Position numbers and translations under genes: made by a program. A stretch of 46,591 nucleotides of DNA from Kiritimatiellia bacterium (GTDB lineage: Bacteria > Verrucomicrobiota > Kiritimatiellia > RFP12 > UBA1067): assembly GCA_017459225.1 (NCBI GenBank), contig JAFUDL010000537.1, positions 1 to 46,591 on the forward strand. The letters run 5' to 3'. Shown here piece by piece: positions 1 through 8,330 of the stretch (the first letter of the stretch is position 1; the number at the start of each line of letters is the position of its first letter). A model generated the notes under the pieces. That model was given only the letters and a program-made list of their open reading frames with translations. It made no database searches and was not told the DNA's origin.

Positions 1-2
1 TC

Positions 3-989
3 AACACGCGCAATCCCGCCGACCACGCCCGCTACGCCGAATCTCTCGCCGGCATCGTGCGCCACTACACGCAGGGCTGGGCCAACGGCTTCAAATGGGA
101 CATCGCGAACTGGGAGATCTACAACGAGCCCAACATCAGGTCATGCTGGCGCGGCACCAAGGCAGAGTTCATCGACCTCTACGTGACATGCCTGAAGCGG
201 CTGAAGTCGGAGTTCCCGCAGCTCAACTTTGGCGGACCCGCCTTCGCCGGCTGCCCCACGGACTACATGAAGGAGCTGCTCGCCGCATGCCGCGCGGCCG
301 ACGTGGCGCCGGACTTCATGAGCTGGCACTACTATGGGCAGAATCCTCGTGAACTCGTCGCCCAGCCGGCGCGCGTGCGCAAGCTCCTCGACGAAGCCGG
401 ATTCCCGAAGTGCCGCACCGTCATCAACGAATGGCACTACCTCGTTTCATGGGACGGCATACACGGCGCATCATCGCCGGACAAAATACGCAAGGCCCAC
501 TCCGGACCCTCCGCCCATAACGGCATCGACTCCGCCGCGTTCAATCTCGCCGTGCTCGCCGGCTTCCAGAACTCCTGCCTCGACCAGTCCTACTACTATG
601 GCTCCGGATGCACCGGGAACTGGGGCTACAAGGACGGCATCGGCAAATTCAACAAGTCCTACTGGTCGCTCAAGATATTCGGCGACATTGTCTCTGGCTA
701 CACGGAGAAGGTAGCCGCCGCGGCCACAGTGCCTTCGGTCACGGCCTTCGCCGGCCTCACGGCCGACAAGAAGCGCGGTTTCGTGCTGATCAGCGACTAC
801 CGCGGAAAGGGTCCGCTCAATGTCGCAGTCAAGGGCATGGACAACGCGCGCATCGTCTCCGCGCATGTGCTGGACCATACGCGCGACCTTGAACCCATCA
901 CTGTCGAGTGGAAGGATGGCACGCTCGCCCTTCCTCGCAAAGACGCCAACTCCGCCGCATTCTTCGTGGTGCTTGAACCGCAGCCGTGA
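3..989 (+). CDS. Glycoside hydrolase, clan GH-A TIM barrel (GH39-like), 5-prime end cut by window edge
   Basis: Frame 3 is open from the first bases of the window, so the GTG at 57 in the ORF track is an edge artefact. It contains FKWDIANWEIYNEPN (the NEP acid/base signature of clan GH-A). A later VINEWHY block sits where the nucleophile strand is expected. Confidence 0.7.
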   Translation, partial: NTRNPADHARYAESLAGIVRHYTQGWANGFKWDIANWEIYNEPNIRSCWRGTKAEFIDLYVTCLKRLKSEFPQLNFGGPAFAGCPTDYMKELLAACRAADVAPDFMSWHYYGQNPRELVAQPARVRKLLDEAGFPKCRTVINEWHYLVSWDGIHGASSPDKIRKAHSGPSAHNGIDSAAFNLAVLAGFQNSCLDQSYYYGSGCTGNWGYKDGIGKFNKSYWSLKIFGDIVSGYTEKVAAAATVPSVTAFAGLTADKKRGFVLISDYRGKGPLNVAVKGMDNARIVSAHVLDHTRDLEPITVEWKDGTLALPRKDANSAAFFVVLEPQP

Positions 990-1115
990 CTTCAGCAATC
1001 AGTTGCTATAAGACTCCAACGCCACGTAATTGAATGTTACGGAGGATAATGTAGATTGCTTTCGCCACGGAGAGTTTTTGAGTTAGGGAGAATACCCCCA
1101 AGGCAATCCTCAGCC

Positions 1116-1150
1116 CTCCAGAACTCCGAAACTCCAAGCAGCGAAAGCAA
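1116..1150 (+). repeat. Dispersed 35-nt repeat, copy 1 (second copy inverted at 16791-16825)
   Basis: ctccagaactccgaaactccaagcagcgaaagcaa matches the reverse complement of 16791-16825 at 32 of 35 positions in my hand alignment. It has an internal 8-nt periodicity (CTCCNNAA x3). It lies in a convergent intergenic gap. Confidence 0.8.
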
Positions 1151-1283
1151 CTAGGAGAAGTCAAAAGCACTGCTTGTGGCGGGAATGGCATCGGCGAGGA
1201 ACCGCGCGCGCAGCCAGTCCTTGCCGGAGAGGCCGCCGTGCGCTTCGATCTCGTCGGAGTCGTCGTATGAATCAAGTGATGTC

Positions 1284-2423
1284 TTAGCTTTGCGGGGATT
1301 GTGAAGCGAACGGCGTCTTGCAGAAGTCGAGGAAGAGCTTGAAGTCGTAGGGAAGGAAGTCGTGTCCGCCGGGGCGGACATGGCCGCCGACATGTCCCTT
1401 GTAGCCCCAGCCCTTGAGGTTCATGCGCTCCCAGGCACGGGAGGCCATCTCGGCGGCAAACTGCTCTCCCTCCGGACCCGCCCATACATCCTCGCTTGCG
1501 CTTGCCACGTAGAGGTAGCGCGGCGCCATGAGCGCGAGAAACTCGTCCATGTCGTGCGGCATGTTGCGCTCGTCCGCTTCGAACTTGCGCGAGTTGAAAC
1601 ATAGCCAGTGGCGATGGTGCTTGTTCACGAAGGAGAGCTTGCATACGCCCGGCTTCCAGAGTCGGTGCGGATGCGCGCCGCCAACGCCTGAGTCGTTGGA
1701 GTACGCAACGAGGAAGCGCTCGTCTGTGACGCCAGCGACGAGGGCGGTCTTGCCGAGGCGAGAGTGTCCGCAAACCGCAACGCGCTTCGCGTCGAGCATG
1801 GGCTGCGTCTCAATCCAGTCCATCACGCGGCTGTGGCCCCAGGCCCACGCTCGGATCGTTCCCCATGTGTCGCCTTTGCGTCCGTCGGGCTCGCCGCCGT
1901 AGAGTCCGAACACGCCCCATGCGTTTGGCGGCAGATCGGCCGGCTTCATCCTGATGTAGCGGTCATACAGCCAGCAGTCTGGCGCGACGTCGTTTACGTT
2001 CCACATGACAAGCGCATAGCCGCGTTCGGTCGCCATCCGCTTGAACTCCGCCTGCACGGCGAGAATCTTTTCAAGATTCTTTGAATTGATTGGCGTGGCG
2101 AAGCATGAACGTCTGTCGGCAACAAGCACAACGGGACATGGCTTCTCTTTCGTCGCGCCGGGCGGCATGGTGACGTCGAGGCGGATCTTCACCTTTCCGC
2201 CTGCAATGTGGATTTCGTTTTCTTTGAACTCCATGTCGTCCGGACGCCCCACAGGCGCGCGGCCGTAGTAGTTCTCGAGAAACCACTCCTTGATCCTCTG
2301 CTGCTCAGGATTATTTCGCGGCGGCTCCGCGACATTTGCCGCCGCTGCTCCTGCTGCGAGGATGGCGCAGGCAAAAAGACTGCACATGATGTTTTTCCCT
2401 CTGTTCGACAATGTCTTTTTCAT
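1284..2423 (-). CDS. Secreted carbohydrate esterase, CE15-like (glucuronoyl esterase family)
   Basis: The track ORF starts at TTG 2429; the first ATG is 2423 (MKKTLSNRG...). A hydrophobic signal-like segment follows. VAVCGHSRLGKTAL resembles the serine-nucleophile block (G-C/H-S-R-x-G-K) of CE15 as I remember it. The family needs an HMM check. Confidence 0.6.
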   Translation of the reverse strand: MKKTLSNRGKNIMCSLFACAILAAGAAAANVAEPPRNNPEQQRIKEWFLENYYGRAPVGRPDDMEFKENEIHIAGGKVKIRLDVTMPPGATKEKPCPVVLVADRRSCFATPINSKNLEKILAVQAEFKRMATERGYALVMWNVNDVAPDCWLYDRYIRMKPADLPPNAWGVFGLYGGEPDGRKGDTWGTIRAWAWGHSRVMDWIETQPMLDAKRVAVCGHSRLGKTALVAGVTDERFLVAYSNDSGVGGAHPHRLWKPGVCKLSFVNKHHRHWLCFNSRKFEADERNMPHDMDEFLALMAPRYLYVASASEDVWAGPEGEQFAAEMASRAWERMNLKGWGYKGHVGGHVRPGGHDFLPYDFKLFLDFCKTPFASQSPQS

Positions 2424-2430
2424 GGGCAAG

Positions 2431-2439
2431 ATTATACCA
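2431..2439 (-). promoter_or_regulatory. Extended -10 element TGGTATAAT, 7 nt before ATG 2423 (leaderless-type)
   Basis: The minus strand reads TGGTATAAT-cttgccc-ATG. With the usual -10 to +1 spacing, the predicted start site falls 1 nt before the start codon. Confidence 0.4.
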
Positions 2440-2477
2440 CATTTTAGTGCCTAGTGTTTGCCGTTGGTGCGGAAATA

Positions 2478-2486
2478 TGGTATGAT
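2478..2486 (+). promoter_or_regulatory. Extended -10 element TGGTATGAT, 6 nt before ATG 2493 (leaderless-type)
   Basis: The plus strand reads TGGTATGAT-agggac-ATG, so the predicted +1 coincides with the A of the ATG. Confidence 0.4.
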
Positions 2487-2492
2487 AGGGAC

Positions 2493-3056
2493 ATGAAGAA
2501 AAGCATTCACATGTTCGCCTGGTTGGGCAATGATGTGCGGCATCGCAGAATCACGATAGGACTGATTGTTCTGTCATTGCTCTTTTCTGCCGGATGCATA
2601 ATACTGCCCGTTCCGCATTACCGCAGGCACATGTGCGGAATTGACGGGACGGTGTGCGATGCGGAGACGGGTCGTCCGCTTGCCAACGCCGATATTTCTG
2701 TGAATGCTGGCAGATACAATCAACACACAATAACGGACGAGTTCGGTCACTTCTCGACAAGAGAAACGCACGGCTGGCATTTTATTTTCTGGATAGCAAC
2801 TCCGTCCAGTGGTTCATTGTTGCCCACGCACATTGATTTTTCCGATGGTATGTTTCATGACTTAACGGTGGCAGCCGCTGGTTATGAACGAACTAATTTT
2901 ACTTGTCCAATTGGATCTGTGGAAGAAGGAGTGGTGACCAACTGCGTCTTCTACATCGACCGTAAAGGCAAGTGGAACGAAGATAACTGTTTCAATCCTG
3001 ATTCGTTTTGGATTAAGGTGGGAAGAAGACGCCCCAATGCCGTTCCGTTTAAGTAG
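2493..3056 (+). CDS. Hypothetical lipoprotein with carboxypeptidase-regulatory-like beta-sandwich segment
   Basis: The start is moved to ATG 2493 (MKKSIHMF...). LLFSAGC is a lipobox-like motif. GIDGTVCDAETGRPLANADISV...TDEFGHFS resembles CarboxypepD_reg-like folds. The gene is visibly AT-richer than its neighbours. Confidence 0.5.
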   Translation: MKKSIHMFAWLGNDVRHRRITIGLIVLSLLFSAGCIILPVPHYRRHMCGIDGTVCDAETGRPLANADISVNAGRYNQHTITDEFGHFSTRETHGWHFIFWIATPSSGSLLPTHIDFSDGMFHDLTVAAAGYERTNFTCPIGSVEEGVVTNCVFYIDRKGKWNEDNCFNPDSFWIKVGRRRPNAVPFK

Positions 3057-3093
3057 ATTAAAACCCTAATTCCTCTGTTGCCACGGGCATTTC

Positions 3094-3149
3094 TTAACGC
3101 AGAGGCGCAGAGAAAGAAAAGTCTCTGCCCCTCTGCGTCTCTGCGTTAA
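3094..3149. repeat. REP-like hairpin: inverted 19-mers TTAACGCAGAGNCGCAGAG
   Basis: The left arm is ttaacgcagaggcgcagag (3094-3112) and the right arm is ctctgcgtctctgcgttaa (3131-3149). They are complementary at 18 of 19 positions with an 18-nt loop. A third copy of the 19-mer lies at 18349-18367. It sits between convergent genes but has no U-tract on either strand. Confidence 0.75.
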
Positions 3150-3160
3150 AAGAAAAGGCA

Positions 3161-3216
3161 CCACCCAACTACCAAACCACCCAACTACCTAACTACCCAA
3201 CTACCGAACCACTCTT
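3161..3216. repeat. Tandem 8-mer array (CTACCNAA / CCACCCAA), 7 units
   Basis: It reads ccacccaa ctaccaaa ccacccaa ctacctaa ctacccaa ctaccgaa ccactctt. It shares an exact 18-nt string (cctaactacccaactacc, 3188-3205) with 37903-37920. The array supplies the stop codon and last codons of the GT2 gene on the minus strand. Confidence 0.85.
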
Positions 3217-4214
3217 AGGGTGAGGACGGCGAGGGCGAGAAACGGGCGGTGGGCGCTGAGCGGGAAGCCGGCGATCGCGCGGCGCACCACGTCATAAGCC
3301 ATGTACTCGCGCACGAGGCGCAGGCTCTTCGCGAACGGCGCGCGCAGCGTGAACGCGATTTTGAGCATCTCAAGAACAGAGAACACGCACGACGCGGCGT
3401 ACATGGGCGCAAGCCGCCCGCCGCTCGCCGCGTCGAGCGCGATGCGCGCGCGCAGGAGCGCGAGCTTGTTCTCGATTTCGCGCTCGCCGCGCCGCAGCCG
3501 CGCAACTGCGCCGGTGTGCGCGTGAAGGTAGGTGTACAGCGGCTCCGCCACGCACGTCATACGCCGTGCATGCAGTAGATAGGCGCAGTTGAACATCGCG
3601 TCCTCATACAATGCGATGTCCTCGTCGAAGCGCACATGGTGCGTCTCGACGATGGAACGGCGGAACACGCACCAGCACACACCGCCCTGGATACGACGCT
3701 CGAAGAGCGGTGTGCCCGCGTACCATTCTTTCACATGTTCAAACGAGTAGCCGAACATGCGGCTCATGTACAGGCGCACGATCTCTTCGTTGGAAGAGAG
3801 GCGGCATTCGCCTTTGAGCGGCACAATGCGCGCTTCGGCATCCCCTTCGAATTTCTCCAGGTACGGAAACACGCAGTAGTCGGCGCTATCTGCCTCCATT
3901 GCGGCAATGCCCTTCTCGAGCATCTGCGGAGAGATCGAATCGTCGGGATCGGCAAAGAAGATGAATTCGCCGTTGGCCGCGTCTAGACCGGCGTTCCGGG
4001 CCGCGCTGACGCCGCGGTTCTCGGAGAGAGTGATCACGCGGATGCGCGCATCTTCGGACGCTGCCGCGGAGAGAATCTGTGGCGTCGCGTCTGCAGAGCC
4101 GTCGTCAACGAAGATTGCCTCGAAATCTGAAAATGTCTGCGCGCGCACGTCTGCGATGATGCGCGGCAGAGTGGCGGCGCTGTTCCAGCAGGGGATGATC
4201 AGCGTCGCCTTCAC
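3201..4214 (-). CDS. Glycosyltransferase family 2 (GT-A fold)
   Basis: It reads VKATLIIPCWNSAATLPRII..FEAIFVDDGSADAT..FFADPDD. The start is moved to GTG 4214, which overlaps the upstream stop (GTGA at 4211-4214). The 39 extra Arg-rich codons in the track ORF overlap the upstream gene in another frame. Confidence 0.85.
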   Translation of the reverse strand: MKATLIIPCWNSAATLPRIIADVRAQTFSDFEAIFVDDGSADATPQILSAAASEDARIRVITLSENRGVSAARNAGLDAANGEFIFFADPDDSISPQMLEKGIAAMEADSADYCVFPYLEKFEGDAEARIVPLKGECRLSSNEEIVRLYMSRMFGYSFEHVKEWYAGTPLFERRIQGGVCWCVFRRSIVETHHVRFDEDIALYEDAMFNCAYLLHARRMTCVAEPLYTYLHAHTGAVARLRRGEREIENKLALLRARIALDAASGGRLAPMYAASCVFSVLEMLKIAFTLRAPFAKSLRLVREYMAYDVVRRAIAGFPLSAHRPFLALAVLTLRVVR

Positions 4215-5710
4215 TGCGCGCCCACCCGCGCCTTGAGGAACGCGCGCACTTCGTCGTCGCCCGGGCAGCCGGACGCAAAGCGCGCCACCTCTTCGGCGTC
4301 CACTCCTTCTGCGCGTCCGGGATCTCGGCACACGAATATTCTCGCGTGGCCGGTGCGGTACACGCTCTTCTCGCTCACGTTGAGCTCCTCGAAGAGCTTC
4401 TCGCCTGGACGTATTCCCGTGAACACGATTGGAATGTCAACGTAGGGCTTGTAACCGGCCTGGCGGATCATGTCCTCCGCGAGGTCGACTATGCGCACCG
4501 GCTCGCCCATGTCGAGCGTGTAGATGCATCCGCCCTTCTGGGATCCGCGCGAGCCCATCGCGGCGGCCTCCAGCACGAGCGCCACGGCCTCCTCCACGCT
4601 CATGAAGTAGCGCTTCATTTCGGGATGCGTGACGGTGAGCGGACCCTTCCGGGCGATCTGTTCTCGGAAAAGCGGCACCACGCTTCCGCTCGATCCAAGC
4701 ACGTTCCCGAAGCGCACGCACGAGAACACGCACCCCTTCGCGTCCGGGCTGTTCAGCTCAAGGAGCAGCACTTCCGCAAGGCGCTTTGTCATGCCCATCA
4801 CGCTGATGGGATTCACCGCCTTGTCTGTGGAAATCATCACGAACCTCTCCACGCCCGCATCGCGCGACCATTCGCCGAGACGGCGCGTGGCGACTGCGTT
4901 GTTGCGCAGGCCGTCCAGCGGATTGCTCTCCACCATCGGCACGTGCTTGTATGCGGCGGCGTGCAGCACGATCTGCGGCTTCCAGCGCTCGAGCACCCGC
5001 TTCATGCGGTCGGCGTCCGTAATGTCCACCATCTCCGGCACGCACGGCGCGTTTGAGCCGGCGGCACGCATCTCGCGGTCGATTTCGTAGAGCGCGTTCT
5101 CGCCGCGCTCCACCATCACCACGCGCGCGGCGCCGCTGCGCGCGGTCTGGCGCACGATCTCGCTGCCGATCGAGCCGCCAGCGCCTGTAACGAGAACGGT
5201 CTTTCCGCGCAGCATCTCCAGCACGTCTTCTCCGCCGGCGATCTTCTCGCGGCGGCGCAGCAGCTTCTTCTCGTTGCTCCGCGCCTGCGAGTAGAAGCGC
5301 CATACGATGCGCACGCCTAGCACTGCGCAGAACGCGAGAACGGTAGAGATGAGCGTGATCGAGTAAGGCGGGCGCACATGGGCGAGCGTGAGCTCGGGCA
5401 TGTACCATCTGAGCGCGGTGAGCGCGAGCGCGCTCAGCGCGAACGCGCCCGCGTAGCGGGGCATCTCGAGTGCGCCGGTGCGGCGCCAGGGCAGCTTGTA
5501 GCATCCGGTCGCGATTAGGGCGAAGAGCTGCACCGCCCACACCGTGACGAAGCTGAGGGCCGTGGCGCGCCATCCCCACTGCGGCTCGCGGAAGTCGAAG
5601 CGCAGAGCGACGGCGGCCACGTATGCGGCGCCCATGAGGACGGAATCCACAGCCACGCCCACAAGGCGCGTGGCTATGAAGAGAGTCCAGTGTGCCCCGT
5701 GACGACCCAT
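4211..5710 (-). CDS. Membrane-anchored nucleotide-sugar 4,6-dehydratase/epimerase (CapD/WbpM/PglF, Polysacc_synt_2 family)
   Basis: N-terminal hydrophobic segments are followed by the VLVTGAGGSIGSEI Rossmann motif and the HAAAYKHVPMVE block typical of this family. The start lies 1 nt after the upstream stop. Confidence 0.85.
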   Translation of the reverse strand: MGRHGAHWTLFIATRLVGVAVDSVLMGAAYVAAVALRFDFREPQWGWRATALSFVTVWAVQLFALIATGCYKLPWRRTGALEMPRYAGAFALSALALTALRWYMPELTLAHVRPPYSITLISTVLAFCAVLGVRIVWRFYSQARSNEKKLLRRREKIAGGEDVLEMLRGKTVLVTGAGGSIGSEIVRQTARSGAARVVMVERGENALYEIDREMRAAGSNAPCVPEMVDITDADRMKRVLERWKPQIVLHAAAYKHVPMVESNPLDGLRNNAVATRRLGEWSRDAGVERFVMISTDKAVNPISVMGMTKRLAEVLLLELNSPDAKGCVFSCVRFGNVLGSSGSVVPLFREQIARKGPLTVTHPEMKRYFMSVEEAVALVLEAAAMGSRGSQKGGCIYTLDMGEPVRIVDLAEDMIRQAGYKPYVDIPIVFTGIRPGEKLFEELNVSEKSVYRTGHARIFVCRDPGRAEGVDAEEVARFASGCPGDDEVRAFLKARVGAQ

Positions 5711-5711
5711 C

Positions 5712-6920
5712 TTACTTCAGGCGGCCCGTGAATGCCTCGGCCGCGGAGTTGTCGATCTTCTGGCTGAAGAACTTCTGCTCGGCCTTGTTGCGAGCGCCGT
5801 CCCACGGACGAGGACCGCCCCTGAGCTGCACCGCCCAGAGCTTGAGCTGCTTCTTGTGCCAGTTGACCATGCAGTTGGTGCCCCATGCGCCGCCATGGCC
5901 GAACCACTCGTTCTCGCCGTCCTTCACCGGTGCGGCGAGGCCGAGCGAGTAGCCGCCGAGGTGGGGCGGGCGCGTGGAGACGGCGAGGATGCTCTTCACG
6001 GTCTCCTCCTTGAGGATGCGCGCGCCGTTCTCGCCAACGCCGAGGTTCATCAGCATCTTGTAGAACTTGAGCTGGTCGCGCGCGGTCGTCCACAGTCCCG
6101 CGCCGGCGCTCGGGAACACGCGGTCGTCGGCGTAAGGACGCTGCATGGACTGGTCGTGCTCCGTCCACACTGCGGGCTGGCCCTTGCGGCATGTGTACAT
6201 CTCCACCTTCTTCTCGAGCTGCTCCTTTGTGGGCCAGAAACCGGAGTCCTTCATTCCGAGCGGCTGGAACACGCGCTCCTTGAGGAAGTCCTCCCAGCGC
6301 TTGCCCGTGACGCGCTCCACCACTGCGGCGCCGATGTCGATGCCGACATTCGAGTACTGCTGCTTCGTGCCGGGCTCGAAGAGAATCGGCTGGGAGGCCG
6401 CGACGAGCGCCACGCTCCTGAGCGGCATCCTGCGGGACCATCCGCCCATCGAGTGGAAGTTGGGCAGCTCGAACGGGAAGCCGCCGGTGTGGTTCATCAC
6501 CATGCGCACGGTGAGCGTGTTCTTCGCCTTTTCGAGGGTGCGCACGCCGTTCTTGTTGGACTTCTCGATCCACAGAGTGCCGAATTCGGGGATGTACTTC
6601 GAGACGGGATCGTCGAGGCTGATCTTGCCCTCCTCCACAAGGATGGCGATCGTGACGCCGCAGAAGCCCTTCGTCTGCGAGCACTGCATGTACACGTCGT
6701 CGAGCGTGATCGGGCGCTTCTTGCCGGCGTCCGCATATCCGAGGCACGCGACCTCTTCCACGCCGTTGTTGTAGAACACGTTCACCGCGCCCGGCAGTTC
6801 GCCGGAGTCGACGTACTTCTGCAGCTCGTCGCGCGCGAATGTGGTTGCCGCAGGGGCGGCAAACAAGTTACCGGCGAGCGCAACGCCCGCCGCCAGCATG
6901 AGAATGTGATTTGTTTTCAT
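5712..6920 (-). CDS. Secreted serine hydrolase, beta-lactamase/esterase family VIII-like
   Basis: The start is moved to ATG 6920 (MKTNHILMLAAGVALAGNLFA, a signal peptide). SQTK (S-x-x-K), YSN (Y-x-N) and HGG blocks occur in the class C order. Confidence 0.8.
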   Translation of the reverse strand: MKTNHILMLAAGVALAGNLFAAPAATTFARDELQKYVDSGELPGAVNVFYNNGVEEVACLGYADAGKKRPITLDDVYMQCSQTKGFCGVTIAILVEEGKISLDDPVSKYIPEFGTLWIEKSNKNGVRTLEKAKNTLTVRMVMNHTGGFPFELPNFHSMGGWSRRMPLRSVALVAASQPILFEPGTKQQYSNVGIDIGAAVVERVTGKRWEDFLKERVFQPLGMKDSGFWPTKEQLEKKVEMYTCRKGQPAVWTEHDQSMQRPYADDRVFPSAGAGLWTTARDQLKFYKMLMNLGVGENGARILKEETVKSILAVSTRPPHLGGYSLGLAAPVKDGENEWFGHGGAWGTNCMVNWHKKQLKLWAVQLRGGPRPWDGARNKAEQKFFSQKIDNSAAEAFTGRLK

Positions 6921-6926
6921 GGCGCT

Positions 6927-6935
6927 ATTATACCA
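6927..6935 (-). promoter_or_regulatory. Extended -10 element TGGTATAAT, 6 nt before ATG 6920 (leaderless-type)
   Basis: The minus strand reads TGGTATAAT-agcgcc-ATG, so the predicted +1 is the A of the start codon. Confidence 0.4.
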
Positions 6936-6987
6936 AATGCAGACAGCTTTCGGTAGGCGATTTTTGAGAATGTTCGCGCGGCGCCTC

Positions 6988-7016
6988 TTGAATGGTGCGC
7001 GCAAATGTGGTAAACT
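6988..7016 (+). promoter_or_regulatory. Sigma70-like promoter TTGAAT-N17-TAAACT, 7 nt before ATG 7024
   Basis: TTGAAT (6988-6993), a 17-nt spacer and TAAACT (7011-7016) are followed by cgtgtgc-ATG. The predicted +1 is about 1 nt before the start codon. Confidence 0.35.
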
Positions 7017-7023
7017 CGTGTGC

Positions 7024-8184
7024 ATGAAAAAAATAATCTTGATCGCCCTCGCTTCAGCATCCTTTGCCGCATCCTGCGCGGCTGCGGTTCCGGAGACGCG
7101 CTTCTCCGTGCGTCGCATAGGCAACGCGCGCACCGAGGCGTGCGCCGTGGCGGACTTCAACAATGACGGCAAGCCCGACATCATCGCCGGACCCTACCTC
7201 TACCTCGCGCCGGCGTTCCGTCCGGTGAAGGTGCGCGAAGTTAAGACGAACGTGACGCCCGACGGCAAAGGCTACGCGAATGACTTCATGAACCTTCCGC
7301 TCGACGTGAACAGCGACGGCCGCATCGACGTAATATCCGGCGACTGGTTCAGCAAGGAGACGTGGTGGATCGAGAACGCGCTTCCGGCCACCAACATCTG
7401 GACGCAGCACCTCATCGAGCGGACGGGCAACATCGAGACCGGAATTCTTGTGGACATCGACGGCGACGGCAAGGCGACTGACTTCTTCCCCGACACGCAG
7501 CTCACATGCCTCTACACTCCATCTGGCGACGGATCGTTCAAGCGCGACTCGGTGGACAACTCGCGCTGCGACATGGGCCGCGGCTGCGGCGACCTAAACG
7601 GCGACGGCCGCAACGATATCCTCACGCCCGCCGCATGGTACGAGCAGCTGCCCGATCGCAAATGGCGCAGGCATCCGCTCGACATCGGCTTCTCGGACGG
7701 CGGCCGCGCGCTCGGCCACGCCTCCAACCTCATCGTCTACGACGTCAACCGCGACGGCCTTGCGGACATCCTCGTAAGCTCCGCCCACAAGTACGGCATC
7801 TTCTGGTGGGAGCAGCTTAAGGAGAAATCGCCATCCGGCGAACTGCAGTTCAAGAAGCACGTGATCGACGACACATGGACGCAGGCCCACTATCTCGGCT
7901 GGGGCGACATCAACGGCGACGGCATTCCAGAGCTCATCACCGGCAAGCGCTTCATGGCGCACAACGGCAACGATCCCGACGAGCATGGTCCGCTCGGCGT
8001 GTACTACTACGACTTCACGCCGGGTCCCAATCCCAAATTCACGAGGCATGTGATCACATACAACGAAGGCATCGGCGCCGGACTTAACATCGTGCCTGCC
8101 GACATCGACGGCGATGGCGACGTGGATCTTGTCACCACCGGCAAGTGGGGCGGCCCCGTGATCTTCGAGAACAAGACGAAGTGA
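7024..8184 (+). CDS. Secreted FG-GAP/VCBS-type seven-bladed beta-propeller protein
   Basis: The start is moved to ATG 7024 (MKKIILIALASASFAASCAAA). There are seven D-x-N/D-x-D-G-x-x-D calcium-loop motifs: DFNNDGKPD, DVNSDGRID, DIDGDGKAT, DLNGDGRND, DVNRDGLAD, DINGDGIPE, DIDGDGDVD. Confidence 0.7.
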   Translation: MKKIILIALASASFAASCAAAVPETRFSVRRIGNARTEACAVADFNNDGKPDIIAGPYLYLAPAFRPVKVREVKTNVTPDGKGYANDFMNLPLDVNSDGRIDVISGDWFSKETWWIENALPATNIWTQHLIERTGNIETGILVDIDGDGKATDFFPDTQLTCLYTPSGDGSFKRDSVDNSRCDMGRGCGDLNGDGRNDILTPAAWYEQLPDRKWRRHPLDIGFSDGGRALGHASNLIVYDVNRDGLADILVSSAHKYGIFWWEQLKEKSPSGELQFKKHVIDDTWTQAHYLGWGDINGDGIPELITGKRFMAHNGNDPDEHGPLGVYYYDFTPGPNPKFTRHVITYNEGIGAGLNIVPADIDGDGDVDLVTTGKWGGPVIFENKTK

Positions 8185-8231
8185 CTTAGTCGTTGCTCAA
8201 AAATAACTTTTACACTTGTCTGCACTTTTGT

Positions 8232-8330
8232 GATTGTTCACAAATCTCAATTGTTCACAAATGCCATAATTGCCACCAATACAAATTGCTATTTGTGAAC
8301 AATTGTGTCAATTGTCATTTGTGAACAATA
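8232..8330. repeat. Array of four TTGTTCACA(AAT) motifs, two direct then two inverted (DnaA-box-like)
   Basis: TTGTTCACA occurs at 8234-8242 and 8251-8259, and TGTGAACAA at 8294-8302 and 8320-8328. The 22-nt string cacaaatctcaattgttcacaa (8239-8260) recurs exactly at 16979-17000. The array lies in an AT-rich convergent gap. Confidence 0.85.

Noticed and set aside
3094-3149. Bidirectional intrinsic terminator between the convergent genes.
   Set aside because: The stem is strong but neither strand has a U-tract after it, and the same 19-mer recurs elsewhere. I treat it as a REP-like element, while a terminator or mRNA-stabiliser role remains possible.
5674-6747. 357-aa and 366-aa (5856..6956) ORFs overlapping the serine hydrolase gene in other frames or on the other strand.
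   Set aside because: The translations are Arg/Pro-rich with no motifs. The hydrolase frame carries the SxxK, YxN and HGG signatures.
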